A stretch of 58,644 bases of DNA, the filler included, from Sphacelaria rigidula (Eukaryota), in assembly GCA_964200075.2 (NCBI GenBank). It is 7 parts of 7 records of this genome, joined end to end, with 100 filler letters (N's around TTAATTAATTAA, not from the genome) between each part and the next. Parts side by side here need not be neighbours in the genome. Positions count along the whole stretch, not along the records: positions 41,962 to 50,253 come from CAXNAA020011629.1; positions 50,354 to 58,644 come from CAXNAA020011630.1; 5 more parts are not named here. One strand, written 5' to 3'. The position numbers and the translations under genes were made by a program. Shown one piece after another: positions 49,856 through 58,644 of this stretch. Each line of letters begins with the position of its first letter. Position 1 is the first letter of the stretch. The notes below the pieces were generated by a model. The model did no database searches and had not been told where the DNA came from. It saw only the letters and a program-made list of their open reading frames with translations.

Positions 49856-50353
49856 TTAGTCTACTATGTCATTCTGTTCAACTTTTTTTTTTTTTCCTTC
49901 AGCGAGTGTTTCAGTTTTGTTTTTCTTGGGTACGTCTGTCATGTGAACCCGGCTGGATCATGACTACCTGGGGGGTCAGTTAATGTACGACAATCAATCA
50001 ATCAAATCAATCAAAAATATTCTCTCTGTCTCTGTCTCTCTATTTTTCAACTTGCTGTTGTCTATTTTTTTCACTATAATATTCGTATATTTTTTCACTA
50101 CTCGACTGTTGTTCTAGCAAGTGATGTCGTGATTGTTCACTTTTTTTTGCCAGGAGAGGGGGGGGGGGGGGGGATTTTTATCTCGCCCCCTTCACCACAA
50201 ATGAAATAATAAAGGGATAATTTAATCAGTTAGTTCTGTATTCAATTGTTTTTNNNNNNNNNNNNNNNNNNNNNNNNNNNNNNNNNNNNNNNNNNNNTTA
50301 ATTAATTAANNNNNNNNNNNNNNNNNNNNNNNNNNNNNNNNNNNNNNNNNNNN

Positions 50354-50615
50354 GTCGCATGAAGGGTGAGCTGCATCCTGCTAAGATTGTTCGGTCCGAA
50401 GCGTACGGATATATCTTGCATTTGGATGGCAGCCTCCGATGAGTTGCTTTATTGTCTGGTATCGCCATTTCCAGAGACAGTCACGGCTTTTACACTGCTG
50501 CCTCGGGCGGGGGGGGGAAGGTGTACTCATGACATTGCATGCCGCAGTCTCATGACCCTTGACCTCGCATTCCTACAAAGCCGGGACGGAGCACGCCGGG
50601 TTTTCGCCGGACCAG
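50354..50615 (-). mobile_element. two stacked family B fragments separated by a G-run
   Basis: On the minus strand: module + 3' end ATGAGTACA (50615-50522), a C-run, then a 5'-truncated core (~50505-50354). Confidence 0.7.
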
Positions 50616-50894
50616 GGGCGGGAGGGGATAGGGTATATTGTTTGGCCGGTGCTCTTTGTATCGCCAACTTTTTGTCTACTGAGTGCATGGACAGGAAAAA
50701 CGAACACTAGTCGTCCATTTTTTTCATTTCTGCTGCTGTTGTCGCTGCTGCTGTTGTCGCTGCTGCTGCTGTCGTTGCTGCTACTGCTGCTGCCCCCATC
50801 GCCCTCCTGGATGCGCTTCTCTTTGTTTTTGTTCCATTTTTTTTCGTGTGTGTGTGTGTGTGTGTGTGTGTGCATGGTTTCTGGATTTTGACAG

Positions 50895-51509
50895 ATTCAA
50901 TTTCCCGATCGAGTGGTGGTTCAAGCAACGTTTGGGTGTAAAGAAGGCGTCAAGGATGTCATTCATCTCGTGAAGGACTGTCTGGGAGAGGAATACCAAG
51001 GACGACAGGCGGGTGCTCTCCCCCCCCCCCAAACGCCCCCATCTTACCCCTGTTGCGCCCCTTGATAGGTTTTAATCCTTGTGTATTTGTCAGTTGACCA
51101 CAATCCAAGACTTTGATGATCTCTCAGCACATCATAACACACTTTGTACGTGAAGAAGCTTGTTCAATTTTTTACATGTCCCCGCCCGTTCATGCCCTCC
51201 CCTTGTGAGGGATGCGAGGACAATTGTCTCATGACTACGACATCCAATATCATGAGTATCCCCATTTCCCTCGTCGATCCATCTCTACCCATATCCTCAA
51301 TAGTCCTTCCCCACTAGATAATACTGCAGTGGTGAAAATCCCCAATATTCACGTCTACCGACTGTAGTGGCGTTTCTAATCACTCAATGCTAGCGTGCGT
51401 TGTGTATGTGCCATGTTCCACTTCCGCGTCTCACCACTATGTTATCCTGCATCCCACCCACCCAGTAGGATGGACGAACGGAATTGTGGAAGAAGTCTCA
51501 GGCCCGGAT

Positions 51510-51566
<57 letters not shown>

Positions 51567-53797
51567 CCATTGAGCAGGCGGAAGACATGCGTAGCAATTT
51601 GAATTTTTGACGTACCTACCTCCAAGTACGTTCATTTTTCGGCACAACGCCCATACATGAGGGTAGTTTTTTGTAGTGAAATGTGAAATTCTATGAATCA
51701 AAGGCCCTTCAATGAGGAATCGGCGGAATCAAGCAAGCGCTAATGAAATGCGGCCTTCGTAGTCAATTATGTAGCGAAAAATGCTTGTGATTGGCTCGCA
51801 CACTCGAGCCACACCTGTAGTGTACGCACTACAGTACATGGGTGAACAGTCGCGCCGGGACGGATAGAGCAGCAGCAAAGAAACGAAGCTGCAAGCAGAC
51901 AGGCAGGCAGCGAGTGGTATATTGCCGCCGCAGGGTGTCACTGCGATGCTCCTGTATCGGTATATCCCCATCTTAGTATGGCGGGTTGTGTCTTTCCGTG
52001 GCAGCGAGCGCTGGCGCCGACGCCAGCGGCAGCGGCCCCCATGCTGACGGGTGCTACCAGTACCCTGGCGGTGCAATATATCATCGCAGCACGGGGTCTG
52101 GCCCAGCCGGTCGAGCGGTGTACACCGGCGCTGGTGGTGTGTCCTTACCCAGCCATGTTCGGTATTTTGCACACCCTGGACAAGAGAATACACAGTCAAA
52201 AAGTGTACTGCGTACAGTATCGACTATTGCGCCTATTGCAAGAGACAATGGATTCCATACTGTATGCAGTACAGTTTTTTACAAAACAATGTTTTGTCCA
52301 GGGTGTGGTATTTTGCGCTAATGATGGGTCTGGGCAGCACCTTGTTTGTTTTACGGAAGACGCAACGGTCAACACACCGTGAACATTTCAACAGTGTGTA
52401 GACAGCACTGCGTCCCGACTACTGATGCTATATTGTACAGAGAGACGAACGCAACAATACGGCAGCTCAGGCAAAAACTCAGCGGAGACCAAACCGTCTT
52501 CGCAAGGTCTAAACACACACCACAGAACAGTCATGTAGCTACAGCACATGAGGGAGGACGTGAGTGTGTTTGTGCTGCAGTAGTTGAACAGGACATGTCC
52601 CATGTTTTTTTTGTCCTTCCCCTGATTTTGAACGCGTCCTCACGGTTTGCCGGGTGGCGATCCTGAACGCTCGGCCATATTCGCGCTTTGCGCAAATAAT
52701 TTAGTTCACTACAAAAGTATCTCCATGTATGGGTCCTGTGCCCATTTTTCGAGATACGCGACTGCGTCTGGCGGACCGATCATGATTGTAGAGGTGTTTT
52801 TGGAATAATTTTGCGGGGGAACGTTGTTCGCACGAGTGGATACAGGCACGGACGTAACTCGAGCGTTTAAAGGTCATGGGTCGATTTCAACAAACGATAC
52901 CTCCGATAAACCGCAAGATCCACGCGATCAACGGCCAGCAACAAAAAGATATACTTGTAGGTATATGTGTATATATATATATATATATATGCACACAAGA
53001 AGTCGAGGCCAATTTTATGAATTTTTCCTGTTGGTGTCCCTCCAATTCCGGCTCAGGGGTTGAGATATGTCATGCCATACCTCCAGCGTTTTAACGTCAA
53101 ATTCCACAAACGATAGGTCGGATGAAGCGCAAGGTCTTTGGGATGACCTGATCCGATTTTTCGTACATGTTTTTGGCACCCGCAGCCCGTCCGCTCTGAA
53201 TTGCTGTTCATCCCTCGTCCACTCTGAATTTTCAGATTATTGATGTGATCGCGGATATATGTAGTCCATCCATCCCCAAGTTTTTTCAGGGGTTGGGTTG
53301 AAGTCTCTCAGGTGCGGGTTGTTGGTGAAGTCACGTTGAAGTTTCTGAAAACACATGGGAAACAGTGTAATAACTATGCTGTACTGTCCGGTTTTAGTGC
53401 CCCGGAAATATGTTTATTCATTCCCGTTATGTTTATTCATTCCCGTGCCGTACTGTCTGTACTGCTTGTAATTACCGTTCCCCTCCCCCCCCCGCCCACC
53501 CCCCCACCTCTGCCACCCTTCTTGTGGTCGGTCTTGTGCGCGTCGGTCCCGTGTGTGTGGTGGTCGATACTTTGAACATCTCGTGCGTGCGTGTGGGAAA
53601 ACATGCAACAGTTTCAGCTGTACGTGAGCCCGCCTCGGACACTACTGAAGGAGGCGTCTTCTTTGTCCGACGCGGGTCTTGTTCCCGCGGCCTTGGTGTA
53701 TGTCTCGTGGACGTTGGTTCCCCCCTCTGGTGAGTCGTCGTTGTTACGATTGTGTTGATATTGTTAGTATTAGTACTAGTAGTGGTGGTGTCAGCAC

Positions 53798-53846
<49 letters not shown>

Positions 53847-53863
53847 ATTATTGTTATTAGTAT

Positions 53864-53910
<47 letters not shown>

Positions 53911-54937
53911 TTACTATCAAAGATGTTATGCATTGAATAGAGAAAATAGAGTATACTACATGATTTTGGGAACAAGAACGGGTAGCTCACTTTTGGGCTC
54001 GGGGTGCAGCGCTGCACGGGGGTTGAGCACCTCGAAAACATGTTCCAGCGCCTCAGCCCCACGCGCAACGTGCCTGGGCAGCATCCCCGACATTTTTTTT
54101 TATACACGCATCCTCTCCCCATACCCCCCGTCATTCACCGAGCGTTTCAGCGCTTGCACACGACACACCCGCTTCCCACCCCTTGTTACCCCTTGTTTTG
54201 CCCACCGTTTCGACGTGCGTGGGCTTGAATTGCGTCCTACACGCCATACACCTTATACTGAAGCACCACTGATTCATGCATCCCTCGATCTATCTTCTAT
54301 CTCTTTTCCGTCTTTCTCATCATTCGCATATATCCACAGCTCCCTGGAAGTGTTGCGACCTTCGACAACGGGGGCCGAACGCCGCACTACTTTATTCGAC
54401 GAATATACAAAATCATGCAGCATGCGTGAAATTTGTATTAGCTTGTGAACTATTATAATCCCCCCCCCCCCCCCTCGCCGCCACCGAAAAGGCATTCAAA
54501 AAGTTCATATGTACTGTATGGTAAAAACATTATGAACGCCCGAATGCTGCAGGTGTCTTCGGTAGGAGTAGAAACGGCGCTCCGTCTCGAAAGTGATGTG
54601 TGGTGAACGGTCGAATGACTAAGGCACGCAACAAATGAGCCCCCCCCCCACCTCCCCACCCCCCGCCACCCCCCGCCACCGCTCTTGCATGTGTTGTTGA
54701 TACGCAGGAGAGGCAGAAGGCGCGTATTTGAAGACGGAGCTATCAGGCAACCCTGGAGGGAGCGGCGCCGCGCTCTCGAGGCCAGTCGGCGTTGCCCTCG
54801 TGCCTGGACAGCCAGACGCTCAAGAGGGAGCCCGCGGGAGGGGCGGCGGCAGGCTTGGTGGGGGAGCAGGAGTTTCAGGATCGATGGGATCGGGAAACAA
54901 GCGAAAGGGGAAGCCGAGTTGGCTGAAGATCAACTAG
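50895..54937 (+). CDS. ASPSCR1: TUG/ASPSCR1 (PUX1/Ubx4)-like UBX-domain p97/Cdc48 cofactor, 3' part
   Basis: Exons 50895-51008 (IQFPDRVVVQATFG...DCLGEEYQGRQ, donor CAG|GCGGGT), 53612-53729 (FQLYVSPPRTLLKEASSLSDAGLVPAALVYVSW) and 54708-54937 (...KRKGKPSWLKIN*). FPDR..Q..F, F.LY..PP, GLVPAA and a terminal KP.WLK are typical of the family. Confidence 0.85.
51512..51563. repeat. (TG)n microsatellite
   Basis: About 26 TG units. Similar tracts at 48922-48941, 50846-50872 and 57355-57407. Confidence 0.95.
52171..52306. mobile_element. 136-bp Mutator-like MITE with perfect 10-bp TSD
   Basis: TIR ACACCCTGGACAA / TTGTCCAGGGTGT; GGTATTTTGC on both flanks (52161-52170, 52307-52316); inner inverted repeat TGTACTGCGTACAGTAT / ATACTGTATGCAGTACA. 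Confidence 0.85.
53799..53910. repeat. compound (GTT)n-(AGT)n microsatellite
   Basis: Seen directly. Other simple repeats: (CAA)n 30595-30620, (AACC)n ~38656-38695, (CAG/CAA)n 44085-44142, (GTAAACAA)5 46181-46220, (AGACAGGCCCTA)3 ~17528-17562. Confidence 0.95.
54487..54639 (+). mobile_element. family A 3' fragment flanked by C-rich direct repeats
   Basis: Matches the last ~150 nt of 33651-34105 (GAACGCCC.AATG.TG.AGGTGTCT...AGGAGTAG.AACG..GCTCC.TCTCG...GACTAAGGCA.GCAACAAATGAG). Both flanks are C-runs ending in GCCACCG. Confidence 0.75.
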
Positions 54938-57354
54938 AGATTGTTGTGTAGTTTTATACAGAGCGGCGGGCTGCGGAGGATCACCGCCGGCAAGTCTCTC
55001 AAACCCGGCGAGAGGAAGATCACCGGGGGACTGACTGGACTGCCTTCCTGCCTCGTCTCGCGTTGTGCGGTGAACATGACCAGATTTCGGTTTGGTTTGG
55101 CTTGGTTGCCGTTCTGTTGTGTGCGTACTGTTTTGCGCTACCGTTGTTGTGTGGGTTAAAACAATTTTTGTACGACTTGCGTTCGTCCGTTCGTTCGTCC
55201 GTTCGTTCGTTTTTTTTTTTTGCGAGTCCACGTGCAATCCATGGCTGTTTGTCAAACTCGACCCGATGGAGGCTGTAGGTTGTTATATGTCGTGGATTGG
55301 ATGTATGTGTCTTTTGGCCAATGTTAATGTTGATGTTAATGTCATGATGAGAGCAACATTGTTATTTCGTTTCGCGCCCTGTGGCGTCGTTGCCTCGTGT
55401 TGCTTGGTCGTCTGGGCTATTCTTTTCTGCGCGAATGCGTTTCTCGGCCGCTGTGCAACAGAAGGGGAAATGCCTCCAGTTTTCCCGTTGGCCGAAATTC
55501 TTGAAAAAAAAAAACTCACTAGCCGATGATCCTCTTCTCCAGCGGCTGACATCAATCATCAACTGTCCTCTCGGGGAAAGGGCATGGAGTCAGTGGATGA
55601 CGTCGTCCACAGATCAAGGATTCTCAGCACAGAAGAAGATTGAAATTCCTCCGCTAGTAATATTTCTGGGTCCATGGAAAAAGTGTGGGCAGGGTTTGTC
55701 TTTTTGCCTTTTTTTGCGCACCCCCGGGGGTTGCGTCGCGTGTCGTGTGTGCTTTCTTTTCAGGGTCGATTATTATTTCAGCAGTTGAGAAAGTGGCGAT
55801 GCGCTCGTCGAAGCAAAAACAAGAGAGTCTTGCACCCTCGCCGTGGTGGACGATGACTGTTCGGGCAGCCAGTGCCGTTACGGTTCCCTGCTGCGGTCCT
55901 GCGCGGTTTCTGCATATTGGAGCTGCAGCACACCGCATCTGTAGCGGTACGAGCCTGAAAGAATGAGGACAAGAATACTTTTCTCTACCATGATACGAAC
56001 AGCGCCACAACGCACACACACTTCTCCACACACTTCTTCTCTCCCCTCCCCTCCTCTCCCTCCACCCATGTGTTTACAGCAAGTATCATACATGACAGAA
56101 TCACGTCCGAGTTTCTCCCCGCCGTTTTCCATCCTCCCCAACACAAAAAAACAAACCAGTCATCCACGAACGTGCCAGACGGTAGCACTGTAATGTGGGC
56201 GGTGCTCCATCGTTTTTTTCTTGTCCGTTTTCACGATATATAGCGCTGCGAGACTCCCATGTCATGTTCCAGCGATTACACGTACAATTATGAACAAGAT
56301 AGGGAACCCGAAATATCTGGTCATACTGTACTTGTCACCAAGCAAACAAGAGAAATTCAGCACGATCTCTCATTTGCCCCATAAATACTGTAGCTTACTG
56401 CCAACTGCAACTACTCTTCGCGGAGTTTCCATTACAACAGCCCAAGCAGGAACCATTTTTCCACCCCCACTCTGCGTTTACGTTGAAACACTGTTCGAGA
56501 CCCCCCCCCCCCTGTGCCTACTGACGTACGTGGACAGGTAAAGGAGACACGACATAGTCCCAAGTAAACGGTGTGGAAGAAACGCGGTTATGGAGAACAA
56601 TAAAGTGGGGTCGACAGGCTATCCTATCTATGAACAAGTTGCGCTGCCACGCTCAAATCAACACCGGGGACCTTCCTTCGCCCCCCCTCGCCCCCTCAAA
56701 GCACCAGCATTAATTTTGCGAAAAAGTAGTCATGAGGTGGGCAACGATGTAACACCAGCTGCCTGCACAGCATGCGAAGCGCAGGAAACAGGAAGGGTAC
56801 ATGCTACACCTTTACGCGTTCGCTGCTGCACCAGGACGACGTCCGTAATACTCCCGCAGGAGTAACGATAACAACACGATCACGGTAACAACCAAGGAAA
56901 TACGACTTTTCCTCGCCCGTTACCGGTCGTTCCGCGTGTGTTTCCTCTCGACGATGCCCCCCCTCCCCTTCCCATAGCCCTTCAAAAGCGAAAGTAGGCC
57001 ATCTATTGAATCGGCACCAAATACACTCCAAAAAAATATCCATGATTCCGATGGACTACTACTCTCACGGTCGAAGGGTTAGGGTCGTCATCAACGGGGT
57101 TGTTTTTTTCTCCAAACTCGTCCAATTTTTCGCGGGGAATAAAAAGAGTCCCGTCAACCCTTTGACCGCGAGCTGCTGAATCGGCATCAATATTCACTTG
57201 AAAAAAGTATAGGTGATGCAGAGGGACTACCCGCACCGCGTTTTGAAGGTTAATGACGACCCTTGGAAAATACCATCCATTTCCCCCCCAAAATATTTCG
57301 GCACTTTGGCAATTTGTCCATGAGTCCCCACCACACACAGCACTTTCACACAAA

Positions 57355-57410
<56 letters not shown>

Positions 57411-57470
57411 CTTTACTGAGTAAGCACCCACAGACAGTAGTAGTATCACCAATTTTCTCAACTTTTGTAT

Positions 57471-57615
57471 AACCCTGGACAATAGACAACATGGTCAAAA
57501 AGTGTACTGCGTACAGTATCGATTATTTTGCCCATCGTCATGAAAGACAAAGAGATTCAATACTGTACGCAATACACTTTGTAGCAACGTAATATTCTGC
57601 CATTATCCAGAGTGT
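57471..57615. mobile_element. diverged second copy of the 52171-52306 MITE
   Basis: ACCCTGGACAA...GTCAAAAAGTGTACTGCGTACAGTATCGA...ATACTGTACGCAATACA...TTATCCAGAGTGT; TSD not recognisable. Confidence 0.7.
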
Positions 57616-58077
57616 CATTTCATCAAGTTCCGCCGACTCCACCACAGTAGAAAACGGGTGGATTCGAGGTTTTAACCACCCACAAAGGGCACCCACGAAA
57701 GGTACCGCTAATTGCGCCATGTTTTCGTCATTTTTTTTTGCCATACGTGTGAATATAGAAAGTAATCGTGTGAGAAACTGACCACGTTGAGAGCAAACAC
57801 ACATACTTTCTGAAACACCTGACGGAACGGACACCCGATACACACAGGGAGGACGAAATCCCCTCCCCCCTCCCCTCCCCCCTACCCCCTCCCCGAGGGT
57901 TCTCCAAAACACTTTCGATAGGAAGTAACACTGGCCCGTTAATCCCGCGACTGCTTCACCAGCCACTGCAACACTTGATCGATGTTGATCACCTGACACG
58001 AAACAATAATAAATTCAGGCAGCAGAGGGATAAAACGTATGCCAGACAACGGCAAGAGAGGGGGGGGGGGGGAGGGG

Positions 58078-58125
58078 TGTACTCATTATCATGCATGCCA
58101 TAGTCATCAGACCATTGACCTCGCA
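58078..58125 (-). mobile_element. family B 3'-end fragment inside a G-run
   Basis: Minus strand: C-run+TCT, GCGAGGTCAATGGTCTGATGACTATGGCATGCATGATAATGAGTACA, C-run+TCT. Similar fragments at 14695-14740 (-) and ~51211-51260 (+). Confidence 0.75.
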
Positions 58126-58440
58126 GAGGGGCGGGGGGGGGGGCGGTGGGGGGTTAGAGCACGCACGCACACAGAGAGAGACAGAGAGACAGAGACAGAG
58201 AGACAGACACGGAGACACACAGAGACAGACACGTGTATCAACTTTTTTTTTCCTCGAAGGAAGGAGGAAACTCTCCCAACAGTTACCCCGCAAGCGGGTT
58301 CGTGTGCCGATTACCCCGATGCTCGGCTAGATCGCCTCACGGCAGTCATGTGGGGTAGGCGCCTCGAGCGTTCGAAGGCTTTGCTTGGGGCAAGTGCGAG
58401 AGTAAAACCCGCGAACTTCCCCCCCCCCCTCCCCCCCGTC

Positions 58441-58644
58441 AGCCTGGTCCGACGAGAACCGGGCGCGCTCCGTCTCGGCTTTGTAGGGGCGGACCCCCCA
58501 TGGGGTTGGCGTCGGTTGGCGATGACGCAATAAAACACGTCTCTCACTGCGTAAGCTAGGCAACCAGGTTACCGATTTTTTTTGCGGTAACCATGATGGT
58601 AGTCGAGCTAGATCATGTTGTGCGACGTGGGAGGAGCTCAAGTC
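58441..58644 (+). mobile_element. family B repeat (truncated by window end)
   Basis: C-run, module, then core, in the same arrangement as 41523-41861. Confidence 0.75.

Noticed and set aside
52004-52136. GC-rich exon-like segment in the UBX intron
   Set aside because: It would insert a low-complexity stretch in the middle of the UBX fold and its splice phases fit poorly; left unassigned.
53990-54093. Minus-strand peptide MSGMLPRHVARGAEALEHVFEV, faintly like ribosomal protein L13
   Set aside because: Short, antisense within the UBX gene intron, and its only plausible partner exon is the antisense of a real UBX exon.
55878-56850. Possible terminal exons of a convergent minus-strand gene (ITDVVLVQQRTRK|GSYRYRCGVLQL...)
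   Set aside because: Weak splice sites and no recognisable domain.

Overview
This is eukaryotic nuclear DNA, not one locus. Seven unrelated, length-sorted contigs (1-8293, 8394-16685, 16786-25077, 25178-33469, 33570-41861, 41962-50253, 50354-58644; 8293, 8292 x5 and 8291 bp) are joined by artificial 100-nt linkers (44 N + TTAATTAATTAA + 44 N). Short exons, mostly 0.4-3 kb GT-AG introns, a flagellar dynein and the repeat landscape suggest a brown alga (Phaeophyceae); this is inference, not a database result. Almost all long six-frame ORFs are spurious. Splicing exons by hand gives seven partial genes: a C-terminal galactose-binding-like (XRCC1-N/discoidin-type) domain protein, a kinesin-12/KIF15-like motor with a head-to-head CDV3-like partner, a WD40 protein, an axonemal outer-arm-type dynein heavy chain, an importin-alpha-9/TMCO6-like ARM protein, and a TUG/ASPSCR1-like UBX protein that seems to need a GC-AG intron. 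Introns and intergenic DNA hold many non-autonomous transposons: a PIF/Harbinger MITE (TTA TSD), a hAT MITE (8-bp TSD), a Mutator-like MITE (10-bp TSD), foldback elements and a tRNA-derived SINE. The most interesting signal is a non-LTR retrotransposon (family A) and a non-coding partner (family B) that share the 3' end ATGAGTAC(G/A), lack a poly(A) tail and repeatedly sit in poly(C)/poly(G) tracts. One site is triplicated around 5-nt and 42-nt truncated copies, and several sites carry head-to-tail stacks, suggesting poly(C)-targeted retrotransposition.
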